A stretch of DNA of 64,000 nucleotides from an uncultured Pseudomonadota bacterium (GCA_963727035.1 CAVSEY010000001.1:9362-73361); one strand, 5' to 3'. Positions 28,664 through 41,165 are shown, counted from the stretch's first letter. Made by a program: numbers and translations. Notes: a model not told the origin generated them from the letters alone.

Positions 28664-29087
28664 TGCATTTCCTCCGCCGCGACAGACGGCGACGATCGAT
28701 CGTCCAATTCCAGAAGTCGAAACCGGCTTTGCGCAAAAAAAATGGCCGCTCGCTTCGACGGCATCGTTGGCGTTCGGCAAAAAGGCGCCGCGGACGTTCC
28801 TGGTGAAAACCTCAAATCGGACGATGCGCGGGGGCGATGACCTCGCCCCGCAGGCGCTCGTCGCGATCAGAGGGCTGAAACGGGGCAAACCAATCCGCGC
28901 TGCGCGCCAAAGCGCCAGCCAGACGATCTGCTGTTTTCTACGGCAAGTTGTAAAGGCTTTTCTCGAAAATTGCAATTTTCTTTAAAAACAACTACTTACT
29001 AGAGAATGGGATTTTCTTTGCTTGTTCTAGACGAATTGCGGCGGCCGGTTGGTCCGCAACCATCATCGCTAATAACAACAGTTTTCG

Positions 29088-30527
29088 TCAAGACTTGGCG
29101 CGAAAAGTGGAATGAGGTTCCGGGGATACGACGACATCGATTCGGACGCCGCCGCCTTTGCGGGCGCGCAGATCGAAGGACGCGCCGATCAATTCGGCCT
29201 GTTCGCGCATGCCCATCAATCCGAAATGACCCGCCGCGACTTCGGCGGTGTCGAAACCGTGCCCGTCGTCGGCGACGGTCATGGCCAAGGCGCCTGAAAA
29301 GTCGGCCGCAAGCCGCAGGCTCACACTGCGCGCATTGGCGTGCAACTCGACATTGCGCAGCGCCTCCTCGGCGATCCGGTAGAGCGTGGCGGCCTCGGCG
29401 CCGCTCGCGGGGCGGGCCCGCTCGTCGATTTCGGCCAGCGCATGAACGCCGGTGCGCTCCGCAAAACGCGTCGCGAGCGCCGCGAGCGCCGCGCCAAGAC
29501 CCTGGGCTTCGATGGTTTGCCCGCGCAAATCGCCAAGCGCGGCGCGGGCGCGCGCCAGGCCCTCGCGCACGGCCGAATCGGCGTGGGTCAACTCCTCCAG
29601 CAGCCGCGGCGAGGCGTCGGGCCCGGCGACCTTGCGGATCAGCCGCAACTGCGGCGCGAGCGCCACCAGCGACTGGACCAGCGTGTCATGCAGGTCATGG
29701 GCGATGCGCAGGCGCTCGCGCATGACGGCGGCGCGGCGGGCCTCGTCTGCGCCGCGCGCCGCCTCGGCGCGCAGCCGGCGCAGATCGGTGACGTCGCGGC
29801 CCAGCGCCTGGAATTCGCCCGGGCCGGTCCTGTCGCCGACCCAATGAACGCTCCACCAGATCCACACCGGGCCGCCGTCCGGAAGCCTCAGCTCCTGCTC
29901 GAACGAGGCGTCGCCGCGCGCCGCCAGCCGGGCGCGCCAGCCGTCCTCGGCGGCCGGCGCGCGCAGCACGTCGTCGATCGCGCGGCCAAGCAGCAGGCGC
30001 TCGTCCTCGCGCAGCAGGGCGCAGGCGTAGGCGTTGACGAATGTGATCCGCAGATCGGCCGAGAGCCGGAACACCAGGTCGTTGGCGCTCTCGACGATGT
30101 CGCAATAAAGCGCCGCCTGTTCCTGGATCAGGCGCCCGGCGGCGGCGGCCTGTTCGGCGATCAGCCGCGCCTCCCGCCTTTCGCGGGCGAACTGGCGCTC
30201 GATGTCGAGCGCGCCGCGGTCGGAGCTGGCGAACAGCAGGAAGCGGTCCGCGGCGGGGTCATGCAGAACCGAAACCGAGAGGGGCGAGGCGTCGTCGGGC
30301 GACAGGCGCAGGCCGGGCAGGTCGAACACCGCGCGACGGCCCTCGCGCAGAGCGTCGAACTCCGGCTCCATGGCGAAGAAAACCGGAGACTCGGTGACCG
30401 GCGCGCCGGGCGAGGGGACCCAGTCCATCAGCGGGCCGACGCGCTCGATGACGCGCAGGGCGGCGTCGAGCCGGGCGTAGCCGAAGTTCCGGCGGGACAA
30501 GGCAAGGGTCAGGATGGAGTCGGACAT
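29088..30527 (-). CDS. cytoplasmic PAS-containing sensor histidine kinase (HisKA_3 / NarL-partner type)
   Basis: H-box RIAHDLHDTLVQSL, ATPase motifs EALRNVELHA, DDGHGF and GLMGMRE, and a PAS-like segment. No transmembrane helices are evident. Confidence 0.8.
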   Translation of the reverse strand: MSDSILTLALSRRNFGYARLDAALRVIERVGPLMDWVPSPGAPVTESPVFFAMEPEFDALREGRRAVFDLPGLRLSPDDASPLSVSVLHDPAADRFLLFASSDRGALDIERQFARERREARLIAEQAAAAGRLIQEQAALYCDIVESANDLVFRLSADLRITFVNAYACALLREDERLLLGRAIDDVLRAPAAEDGWRARLAARGDASFEQELRLPDGGPVWIWWSVHWVGDRTGPGEFQALGRDVTDLRRLRAEAARGADEARRAAVMRERLRIAHDLHDTLVQSLVALAPQLRLIRKVAGPDASPRLLEELTHADSAVREGLARARAALGDLRGQTIEAQGLGAALAALATRFAERTGVHALAEIDERARPASGAEAATLYRIAEEALRNVELHANARSVSLRLAADFSGALAMTVADDGHGFDTAEVAAGHFGLMGMREQAELIGASFDLRARKGGGVRIDVVVSPEPHSTFRAKS

Positions 30528-30580
30528 GAAGCGAACTTAATGATTCCGAACGGCTTTGTCCTTCACCTTGTTACGCGGCG

Positions 30581-32884
<2,304 letters not shown>

Positions 32885-33022
32885 GGCGACCCCTCCGGTA
32901 TGGTCGGCAAAACGCGCGACCTGGAGCGCGCTCGCAAATCATCGAGTCGAACGCGCTCTGTTAACTCATTGTTTTGGCGCATATTCTGATCCGAAAAGGC
33001 CAACAACTTTTCGGGAATATGC

Positions 33023-34306
33023 TTAGAGCTTGGTTCCGGCCGCCGGCTTGGCGGGCTTTTCAGGGGCGGGCGAGCCGGTGACGTCCAGCCGGTTCAGGAA
33101 GTCCGTCGGGTTTTCGATATGCACGAATTCGCTCATCTTCAGCGGCGCCCCCTTGCCCTTGATGGTGAGGGTCAGCACCCTGGGATCGGCGACGAAATGC
33201 TCCAGCTCCTTGGCGACGACGGCGATCGCCGGCGCGCTGGAAAACAACAGCGGCGCCTGGGCGATGATGGCGCGCCAGTCCTCCTTGACCGAGGCGGGCG
33301 TCTTGCCCTGGCTGAGCGAGGCGAAGGCGACGACCTTGTCGAACAGGCCGGCGTCGGCCACCTCGATCCGCGCCCAGTCGAGCGTGGCGTCGAGCACCGC
33401 CTTTTCGCGCGCTTCCTTGTCGCCGAGGAAGGCCGTCGCGTTCAAGCCCGAGATCTGGGCGCTGATCGCGATGCGGCCGATCTTTTTCAGGTCGATCGTG
33501 TAATTCTTGAGCTGGTAGGTCTTGGTTGCGGGGTCATAGACGCCGCCGACCGTCAAATCGGCGTCGATTTCCGGATAGCCATAAGCGTTGAGAACGGCGC
33601 CCAGGCGCGATTGCGGCGGCATTTTCAGCGACAGGCCGGTCAAGGAAGCGGCGGCGTCGAGCGGCGCGCCCTGGGCGTCGAAATTCTGATCGATCCTGGC
33701 CGGCCCGATGTGCAGAGTGATGTGATTGCCGCCGGACGCGCCGGCGGGCGTGCCCTTGTCGACAGCGGTGAGTTCGCCGCCGTCCCAGGCCAGATGGGAA
33801 AAACGCAGGGCGGCGCGCGTGGGATCGCCCGCGCGCAGGGCGCCGGCAAGGTCAGCCAGGGAGACGCGGTCGATCCGCAAAGTCCCGAAATGAAGGGTCG
33901 AGTCGCCGGCGTCGTCGGGAACCACGCCTTCGGTCGAGGCGATCGTCAGATTTTGCGCGCCGCCGTCGGCGATCTTTTCGGCGACAATGTCCTTGACCGT
34001 CAGTCGGTCGCCCGCGCCGGTCTCCAGGTCGGCCTCGCCGATGCGGGCCTCGTCCGCGATCATGCGCTGGAAGGTCGCGGCGGCGTCCTCGCGACTCAGC
34101 CCGCCCGAGAAAAGCTTGGTCGCTTCGTCCTGGGTCAGGTTGCAATTCTTCAGCGTGATGTTCTTGAAGGTGACCTTCTCGCCATGGCCAGTATCGAGCG
34201 TGGCCTGGGGAATGGCGAGATCGGCGGCGTCGGAAGGCGCGGCCGACAGGCCCGATCCGAAGCTCAAGCCAAGGACAAGGAAGGCGGCGCGAAAAAATTG
34301 CGGCAT
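33023..34306 (-). CDS. hypothetical exported protein
   Basis: ATG at 34306 gives MPQFFRAAFLVLGLSFGSGLSAAPSDAA (signal peptide). I recognised no family. Confidence 0.6.
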   Translation of the reverse strand: MPQFFRAAFLVLGLSFGSGLSAAPSDAADLAIPQATLDTGHGEKVTFKNITLKNCNLTQDEATKLFSGGLSREDAAATFQRMIADEARIGEADLETGAGDRLTVKDIVAEKIADGGAQNLTIASTEGVVPDDAGDSTLHFGTLRIDRVSLADLAGALRAGDPTRAALRFSHLAWDGGELTAVDKGTPAGASGGNHITLHIGPARIDQNFDAQGAPLDAAASLTGLSLKMPPQSRLGAVLNAYGYPEIDADLTVGGVYDPATKTYQLKNYTIDLKKIGRIAISAQISGLNATAFLGDKEAREKAVLDATLDWARIEVADAGLFDKVVAFASLSQGKTPASVKEDWRAIIAQAPLLFSSAPAIAVVAKELEHFVADPRVLTLTIKGKGAPLKMSEFVHIENPTDFLNRLDVTGSPAPEKPAKPAAGTKL

Positions 34307-34492
34307 GTCGTGTCTCATCCATGCAGTTTCGTTGGATTCGCCGGTTTTGCCAAGGTCCGGACGGCTCGGCCGGGCGCGGTCGCCGCCCGGCCCCTTCATA
34401 GGCGCATCGCGTGTCGAATGTCTGGCGAGAAGTTGGAAATCGCGACGCCGATCACTATTTTAGCCGGCGAATCGGGATGTTGGAGCTGCTGA

Positions 34493-34990
34493 ATGGTGGA
34501 CGTGGTCACACGCGAGGAGGTGAAGGCGGGGCTGGCGGACGATTCGATCGCTCTGGTTGATGTGCGTGAGCCGCATGAATTTGCGGCGGGACATATTCCG
34601 GGTTCGACGAGCTTGCCGCTGTCGCGCTTCGACCCTTCGAAACTGCCGGAAGGCAAGCGGGTCGTGTTCGTGTGCCGCTCCGGCCGGCGCACGCTCATGG
34701 CGATCGAAATGTCGCGGCTGTTCGGCCGCGGCGACGCTTGCGCCCATTACGCCGGCTCGATGCTGGATTGGGCCGGCGCCGGCGAGCCGCTGGAATATCT
34801 AGCTCAAGCCTCGACCGCGGCTTTTTCCGGGAGCGCCGGCTCGGGCGGGTCCATGGGGCGGGGCAAGGTCAGCGGCGCGACCGGGGCGCGCTCGTGTTCG
34901 AGCAGGCTCCAATGGATCAATTCGAGCCTTCCGTCGAAATGCTCGGCGATCGCCGTGCAGGATTCGACGAAATCGCCGGTGTTCACATAG
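34493..34990 (+). CDS. single-domain rhodanese (sulfurtransferase); 3' end uncertain
   Basis: VDVREPHEFAAGHIPGS...VVFVCRSGRRT (active-site loop CRSGRR) ...DWAGAGEPLE completes the domain at about 34800. The ORF then runs 187 nt further into the convergent gene as low-complexity sequence. Confidence 0.65.
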   Translation: MVDVVTREEVKAGLADDSIALVDVREPHEFAAGHIPGSTSLPLSRFDPSKLPEGKRVVFVCRSGRRTLMAIEMSRLFGRGDACAHYAGSMLDWAGAGEPLEYLAQASTAAFSGSAGSGGSMGRGKVSGATGARSCSSRLQWINSSLPSKCSAIAVQDSTKSPVFT

Positions 34991-35712
34991 GTCACGCCGT
35001 CGATGTCGCGGATCGTCGCATGGTGGATATGGCCGCAGATCACGCCGTCCGCGCCGCGCTTGCGCGCCTCGGCGGCCAGGGTGCGCTCGAAGTCGCCGAT
35101 GAAATTCACCGCTTTCTTGACCTTGAGCTTGGCCCATTTGGAAAAGGACCAGTAGGGCAGGCCGAGCTTGCGGCGGCCGCGATTGAACCAGCTGTTGATC
35201 CAAATCGCGAAATCATAGGCCCAGTCGCCGAGATGGGCGAGCCAGCGGGCGTGACTGACGACAATGTCGAACTGGTCGCCATGAATCACCAGCAATTTTT
35301 TGCCGTCGGCGGTCTCGTGGACGACATGGTCGATCACTTCGACGCCGCCGAATTCGAGGCCGAGAAAATCGCGGGCGAATTCGTCGTGGTTGCCGGGAAC
35401 GAACACCACGCGCACGCCCTTGCGCACCTTGCGCAGCAGTTTCTGGACCACGTCATTGTGGGCCTGCGGCCAGTGCCAGGACTGTTTGAGACGCCAGCCG
35501 TCGATGATGTCGCCGACCAGGAACAATTCTTCGGATTCGTTGTATTTCAGAAAATCCAGCAGCAGATCCGCCTGGCAGCCGCGCGTGCCGAGATGAACGT
35601 CCGAAATGAACAGGGCGCGGTATTGATGGGTCGCGTGCGGCTCGGCCAGTACATCGCTACCAACGTCGGCTTCGGCGTTCATGGGCATGCCTGCTGATAC
35701 GTTCATGTCCAA
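34804..35712 (-). CDS. LpxH-like UDP-2,3-diacylglucosamine diphosphatase / calcineurin-type metallophosphoesterase
   Basis: ALFISDVHLGTRGCQADLLLDFL...LFLVGDIIDGW...VPGNHDEF...ICGHIHHA. Confidence 0.7.
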   Translation of the reverse strand: MDMNVSAGMPMNAEADVGSDVLAEPHATHQYRALFISDVHLGTRGCQADLLLDFLKYNESEELFLVGDIIDGWRLKQSWHWPQAHNDVVQKLLRKVRKGVRVVFVPGNHDEFARDFLGLEFGGVEVIDHVVHETADGKKLLVIHGDQFDIVVSHARWLAHLGDWAYDFAIWINSWFNRGRRKLGLPYWSFSKWAKLKVKKAVNFIGDFERTLAAEARKRGADGVICGHIHHATIRDIDGVTYVNTGDFVESCTAIAEHFDGRLELIHWSLLEHERAPVAPLTLPRPMDPPEPALPEKAAVEA

Positions 35713-35766
35713 CGTGCTGCCATCTTATTGTTGCGCCACGATGACATTGTTGCTCTTAGTCGGGAA

Positions 35767-36693
35767 ATGACGCCGGGAATCCCGCTCAAGATCCTTTCGA
35801 CGCTCGCCTTTACCGTGATGGCGGTGGGCGTGCGCGCGGCCGCGCCGCGCATCCCGCTCGCTGAAATCGTGTTTTTCCGCTCGGCCGTGGCGCTGGTTCT
35901 GCTGTTCCTGTGGCTGGCGGCGATCGGCGAGTTTCCCCGGGCGCTGGCGACCCGGCGCCCGCTCGGCCATCTCGGGCGGGGCTTGACCGGCGCGGCGGGC
36001 ATGTTCGCCAATTTCGGCAGCCTCGCGCTTCTGCCGCTCGCCGACGCCACCGCCTATTTCTACGCCTCGCCGATCTTCGTCACCTTGATCGCGGCCCTGG
36101 GCCTGCGCGAAAAAGTCCATTTCAGCCGCTGGATGGCGGTGCTGATCGGTTTTGGCGGCGTGCTCGCCATGCTCGCCGAACACGTTGGCTTGGGCGGTTT
36201 CACCCGGACTCTCGGCGCCCAGGGGCTGGGCGCGGGCGTGGCGCTGGCGGGGGCGGCTTTCGCGGCTCTGTCGATGATCCAGACCCGGCGGCTGGCGCTC
36301 TCCGAACATACCGCGGCCATCGTGTTCTATTTCACCACTCTCACCACTTTCGCCGGGGCCGCCGTGCTCGCTCTGGCCCAGGCCGCGCCCGCGCTCCTGC
36401 CGTCGCAGGCCTTTGTCGCGCCGCAGCCGCGCGATCTCGCGGCGTTGATCGGCGCCGGGCTGATGGGCGGCGCCGCCCAGATTTTCGTCACCACCTCCTA
36501 TCGCTACGCCGACGCTTCGCTGCTCGCTTCCTATGATTATTTCGCCATGCTCTGGGCCGTGCTCGCCAGCGTGATCTTCTTCGGCCAATGGCCTTCAACC
36601 ATGGTGTTTTTCGGCGCGGTGGCCATCGCCGGCTCCGGCCTGCTGGCGCTGCTCGGCGAGCGGCTTTTCGTCTCCATCGCCACGGTCGAATGA
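35767..36693 (+). CDS. DMT-superfamily (EamA-like) transporter
   Basis: About 10 hydrophobic helices and duplicated EamA-like halves. Start chosen at ATG 35767; the track start at 35728 is a TTG. Confidence 0.75.
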   Translation: MTPGIPLKILSTLAFTVMAVGVRAAAPRIPLAEIVFFRSAVALVLLFLWLAAIGEFPRALATRRPLGHLGRGLTGAAGMFANFGSLALLPLADATAYFYASPIFVTLIAALGLREKVHFSRWMAVLIGFGGVLAMLAEHVGLGGFTRTLGAQGLGAGVALAGAAFAALSMIQTRRLALSEHTAAIVFYFTTLTTFAGAAVLALAQAAPALLPSQAFVAPQPRDLAALIGAGLMGGAAQIFVTTSYRYADASLLASYDYFAMLWAVLASVIFFGQWPSTMVFFGAVAIAGSGLLALLGERLFVSIATVE

Positions 36694-36869
36694 ACCGGGG
36701 CGAGCCGGAGAGCGCGCACGATGGCGGCGGACAAGGCGGCAAGAGACGAACGCCTGGCGCCGTTGTCATTTCCTGCGGCAATGATGTCGTTCGGCGGTTT
36801 GCGGACCGTCACGAGCGGCGCCAGCAAGGGCAGGATCGCGCCAGAAGCGGGAGTTCGGCATTGGATGAG

Positions 36870-38329
36870 CTAGGAGCGTGTCCGAGTAGTCGTGGCATTT
36901 TTCGAGCGAATGTGATTCCTTGCTCGGCATGAGCAAGACATTTCGACCCTGGAAGATTGATCAGACGCAACTGCTGCCGCCGGCAGTTTCCGATTACGTG
37001 CCCGCCGACCACCTTTCGCATTTCGTGGTCGCCTTGGCGCGCGAGAGCCTCGATCTGTCGGAGATCGTCGGCGTCTACAAGAGCGCCCTCGGGCAGCCGC
37101 CGTTCGACCCGGGCTTGATGACCGCGCTTTTGCTCTACGCCTATTGTTCGGGGCTTTATTCCTCGCGTCGCATCGCCAAGGCCTGCGCCGAGCGCGTCGA
37201 TTTCATGATGATCGTGGCGCATGACGCGCCCGATTTCCGCACGATCGCCGACTTCAGGAGGCGCCATCTGGCGGCGCTGGCGACACTGTTCTTGCAAGTG
37301 CTGAAGCTGGCGGAGAAGGCCGGGCTGGCCAAGCTCGGGCATGTCGCGCTCGACGGCACGAAGATCAAGGCGAACGCCTCCAAACACAAGGCGATGAGCT
37401 ACGAGCGCATGAAGACGCGCGAGGCGGAGTTGCAAGCCGAGGTCGATCGCTGGCTTGAAGCCGCCGAAGCGGCGGACGCGCAGGAAGACAAGCTCCACGG
37501 CGCGACCCGTCGCGGTGACGAGATGCCCGACTGGATCGCCAATAAGCAGAAGCGACTGGCCAAAATCAAAGAGGCCAAACAAGCGTTGGAAGCAGAGGCC
37601 GCAGCCGCCGCGGCGGCGAAGGCCGAGGCCGAGCGCGCGGCCGAGGAAAAGCGCAAAGCCGAGAACCGCAAGCGCCCGGGGCGCTGTCCTCCTGCGCCCT
37701 CGGATCACCCCGATCCCAAGGCGCAACGCAATTTCACTGATCCCGACAGTCGCGTGCTGCTGACCAAGGACGGCTTCATCCAGGGCTACAACGCCCAGGC
37801 GGCGGTCGATGGCGGCTGCCAGATCATCGTGGCGCACGGGCTGACGCAAAGCATGAGCGATTGCCCGCAACTTCTTCCCATGGTCGACCGTATTCGCGCC
37901 AATCTCGGTCGAAAGCCGAAGGAAGTTTCGGCGGACGCGGGTTATTGCCGTGAGGACAACCTCAAGGCTCTCGCGAACCGGAAGATCGAAGCCTATGTCG
38001 CCACCGGACGGGCGAAACGCCCGGCCGAGATCACGCGCAAGATCGGCGGCGAGCTAACCCAGAAAATGCGGCAGAAGCTCAAGCGCGCCGGCCATCGCAG
38101 CCGCTATCGATTGAGAAAGCAAATCGTCGAGCCGGTGTTCGGGCAAATCAAGCAGGCGAGAGGATTTCGACAATTCCTGCTGCGCGGCCTCGAAGCAGTG
38201 CAGGCCGAATGGGCGCTGATCTGCACCGCCCACAACATCACCAAGCTCGCAAAGGCCGTCTGAGCGAGAAAAACTCACCCCACCAGACTCTTTCAAACGC
38301 TATCTGGACGGGCTCCTAGATGTGAAGAA
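36870..38329 (+). mobile_element. IS1182-family insertion sequence (about 1.46 kb)
   Basis: Imperfect terminal inverted repeats: ctaggagcgtgtccgagtag at the left end, and the reverse complement of the right end, ctaggagcccgtccagatag. It carries a single transposase gene. I could not define the target duplication. Confidence 0.65.
36929..38263 (+). CDS. IS1182-family transposase
   Basis: MSKTFRPWKIDQTQLLPPAVSDYVPADHLSHFV...GHVALDGTKIKANASKHKAMSY..., a Glu/Ala-rich linker, then ...DPDSRVLLTKDGFIQGYNAQAAVD...IVEPVFGQIKQARGFRQFLLRG. Confidence 0.85.
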   Translation: MSKTFRPWKIDQTQLLPPAVSDYVPADHLSHFVVALARESLDLSEIVGVYKSALGQPPFDPGLMTALLLYAYCSGLYSSRRIAKACAERVDFMMIVAHDAPDFRTIADFRRRHLAALATLFLQVLKLAEKAGLAKLGHVALDGTKIKANASKHKAMSYERMKTREAELQAEVDRWLEAAEAADAQEDKLHGATRRGDEMPDWIANKQKRLAKIKEAKQALEAEAAAAAAAKAEAERAAEEKRKAENRKRPGRCPPAPSDHPDPKAQRNFTDPDSRVLLTKDGFIQGYNAQAAVDGGCQIIVAHGLTQSMSDCPQLLPMVDRIRANLGRKPKEVSADAGYCREDNLKALANRKIEAYVATGRAKRPAEITRKIGGELTQKMRQKLKRAGHRSRYRLRKQIVEPVFGQIKQARGFRQFLLRGLEAVQAEWALICTAHNITKLAKAV

Positions 38330-38428
38330 TGACAGTGGACAGTCTGAGTCTCAGCTGTAAACTCCGTCACGACCATCGGTCGGCCGAAAGCGGCGTGTTT
38401 TCGACCTTTATCAGGGGAGAACAGCAAA

Positions 38429-40150
38429 ATGCGATTTGGCAAAACCTTACCAAAGACCTGGCGCGCAGGCGCGCTCGGCTCATTGTTTGCGCTTCCGATG
38501 ATGGCGTCGGCCGCCCAGGCCGCAGACGAAAAGAAGCCCAACATTCTCTTCATCATGGGCGACGACATCGGCTTCATGCAGCCGCGCATCTACCATCGCG
38601 GCCTGATGGTGGGCGAGACGCCCAACATCGACCGCATCGGGCAGGAGGGCGCGATCTTCATGGATTATGTCGCCATGCAGAGCTGCACCTCCGGCCGCAA
38701 TGCCTTCTTCACCGGCATGTATCCGCTGCGCACGGGCATGATTCCTCCGCAATTGCCGGGCAGCCCGAGCTATCTAAGGCCCGGTACGCCGGCGCTCGCC
38801 AAGTTCCTGCATGATCTCGGCTATTCCACCGGCGAGTTCGGCAAGAACCACCTCGGCGACCACACCGCCGCTTTGCCGACCGCGCATGGTTTCGAAGAAT
38901 ATTGGGGCTATCTCTACCACCTCGACGCCATGCAGCAGGTCAGCTTCCCCGATATCAACAAGTCGCCGACCGAACAGACTGTCGCGCCGCCTTGCAAGAA
39001 CACGCCGATCCCCGGCGTGCCAGAAGTCCCCGGCGCCGTCGACCCGATGACGACAACCTGCCTGACGCCGCCCCGCAATGTCCTGTGGTGCCACTCCTCT
39101 GACGGCACGCAGGCAAACCAGTCCTGCAAGGACGAAGGCCCGCTGACGCTGAAACGGTCCGAAACCGTGGACGAGGAGATCTCGTCGCACGTGATCGACT
39201 TCCTCGACCGCAACGACCCCAGGAAGACCAGCAGGCCATTCTTCGTCTGGTACAACCCGGCGCGCATGCACGTCACCACCGTCCTGCCGCCGAAATATAT
39301 GGATATGGTCGGCGAAAAAGGCGGCAAGGACTGGGGCGTCAATGAAGCCGGCATGAAGCAGTTGGACGACAACATCGGCTATGTGCTGAAAAAGCTTGAA
39401 GACATGGGGCAACTCGACAACACCATCGTCGTCTTCACCACCGACAACGGTGCCGAGGCCATCACCTTCCCGGATGGCGGCGTGACGCCGTTCAAGGGCC
39501 AGAAGGGCGAAGCCTGGGAGGGCGGCTATCGGGCGCCTCAGGTCGTCCGCTGGCCCGGACACATCAAGCCGGGCACGGTCAAGGACCAGTTGTTCGCCGC
39601 GCTCGACTGGCTGCCGACGCTGGTCGATATCGCCGGCGGCGCCAAGGGCGACGATCTGAAAAAGCAGATCGAGCAAGGCGGCTATCCCGGCATCGTCAAG
39701 ACGACGCTCGATGGCTTCGACCAGCGCGACTACCTCGAAGGAAAGTCCGACAAGTCGGCGCGCGACGTCTTCTTCTACTTCTCGGGCGCGACGCCGTCCG
39801 CCGTGCGCTACAAAAACTGGAAGATGTATTACACGATGTCGCAGCCCGGAGCGACCGGCTGGATCCTGCCGCTCACGCCCTTCCACTTCACATTGGTCCA
39901 GAACATCAAGCGCGATCCGTTCGAGCAGGCTGTCGGTGAAAGCCAGAAGACCGTCGCCGGCTTGGGCGGCGCGCTCGGGGGGCCGGTGACCGCCTTTATT
40001 TACGATTGGAACATGCTGCCGATTGGCCAGCTGTTGTGGGAGAAGGAACTCGGATCCTACAAGGAGTTCCCGCCGCTGCAAGCGCCCGAGACCTACAATC
40101 TCACTGGGATTTTGGACGCGATGAAAAAGGGCGGTCACCCATCCGACTGA
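38429..40150 (+). CDS. arylsulfatase (formylglycine-dependent sulfatase family), secreted
   Basis: Signal peptide, PNILFIMGDDIG and SCTSGRNAFFTGMYP (CxxxR FGly motif). Confidence 0.85.
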   Translation: MRFGKTLPKTWRAGALGSLFALPMMASAAQAADEKKPNILFIMGDDIGFMQPRIYHRGLMVGETPNIDRIGQEGAIFMDYVAMQSCTSGRNAFFTGMYPLRTGMIPPQLPGSPSYLRPGTPALAKFLHDLGYSTGEFGKNHLGDHTAALPTAHGFEEYWGYLYHLDAMQQVSFPDINKSPTEQTVAPPCKNTPIPGVPEVPGAVDPMTTTCLTPPRNVLWCHSSDGTQANQSCKDEGPLTLKRSETVDEEISSHVIDFLDRNDPRKTSRPFFVWYNPARMHVTTVLPPKYMDMVGEKGGKDWGVNEAGMKQLDDNIGYVLKKLEDMGQLDNTIVVFTTDNGAEAITFPDGGVTPFKGQKGEAWEGGYRAPQVVRWPGHIKPGTVKDQLFAALDWLPTLVDIAGGAKGDDLKKQIEQGGYPGIVKTTLDGFDQRDYLEGKSDKSARDVFFYFSGATPSAVRYKNWKMYYTMSQPGATGWILPLTPFHFTLVQNIKRDPFEQAVGESQKTVAGLGGALGGPVTAFIYDWNMLPIGQLLWEKELGSYKEFPPLQAPETYNLTGILDAMKKGGHPSD

Positions 40151-40167
40151 TAACGTGAAGCGAGAAG

Positions 40168-40194
40168 CGGGCGGCCCGCAAGGGCCGCCCTTTT
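40168..40194 (+). terminator. rho-independent terminator of the sulfatase gene
   Basis: GGGCGGCCC-gcaa-GGGCCGCCC followed by TTTTT, 18 nt after the stop. Confidence 0.8.
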
Positions 40195-40505
40195 TCAAAA
40201 GCGCTTTTCAAATGTCGCCCTTTCCGCCGCATGGAGGCCTTTGTGCGGCGAGCGGCGAATGTCGCCTATGGGTCAGGTTGACGACTATCGCGGGCCTGTT
40301 CGGGAAGGTCGGCTTCAAGCCGATCTCACCTTTGAGGGCATAGGGCGCTGGCGATCCTCCGGCGCCCGCTCCTGTCCATTCGCTATCGTGACGACGGGCA
40401 GGAAACCGATCGGCGCGAAGGGAACAATCCGTTCGATATTTCAAACGATTTCGGATAATATGCCAAACGCGGCAAGGCGGCGGGGCACAGGGCCGGACGG
40501 GCGGA

Positions 40506-41123
40506 ATGGGCGTCGAGGGCAGGGACAAGCAGAAGGTGCTGGAGGCCGGGGCGATCGCGCTGTCGGGGCAACTCGGCCGGACGGTCCAGCGGCTGCGCAA
40601 GTCTTATAATCTCTCGCTTTCCGAACTCTCCGAACATTCCGGCGTCGCCAAGTCGATCATCAGCCAGATCGAGCGCAACGAGACCAATCCGACGCTCGCC
40701 ACCATCTGGCGGCTGGCCCAGGCGCTCGACGTGCCGATCGAGCGGGTGTTGCAGGACTGCGACGATTCCGCCTTCATCGAAAAGGTTTCGCGCGGCGACA
40801 CGCCGATCCTGGTGTCGGACGACGGCAGGTGCAGGCTCGCCGTCACCGGTTGGGTCAAGACGGTGGAATGGCTGCAATGCTATGATTTCTTCGCCGAGTC
40901 CGGCGGCGCGCTGGAATTGGAGGCCCATCAGCGCGGCGCGGTCGAGAGCCTTTCGGTGATCCAGGGCGAATTGCAGGTCGAGGTCGGCGGCGAAAAGGAG
41001 ATCGTGCGCGCCGGCGAGACCTTGCGCTACCGCGCCGACCGGCGGCACATCATCCGCAACCCGTCTCCGATGCCGGCGCGGGCGGAGATGATCTGCATTC
41101 TGAAGGCGGCGGCGATGGAGTGA
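40506..41123 (+). CDS. XRE-family transcriptional regulator with C-terminal cupin domain
   Basis: HTH region LSLSELSEHSGVAKSIISQIERNETNPTLATIWRLAQAL, then a beta-rich cupin-like C-terminus. Confidence 0.8.
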   Translation: MGVEGRDKQKVLEAGAIALSGQLGRTVQRLRKSYNLSLSELSEHSGVAKSIISQIERNETNPTLATIWRLAQALDVPIERVLQDCDDSAFIEKVSRGDTPILVSDDGRCRLAVTGWVKTVEWLQCYDFFAESGGALELEAHQRGAVESLSVIQGELQVEVGGEKEIVRAGETLRYRADRRHIIRNPSPMPARAEMICILKAAAME

Positions 41124-41165
41124 GGGCCGCGGCTTCGTCCGCGCCCTGGAGGAGGAAAACCATTC

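Noticed and set aside
36809-37870. 353-aa minus-strand ORF inside the IS1182 element.
   Set aside because: It is antisense to the transposase gene and has no independent support.
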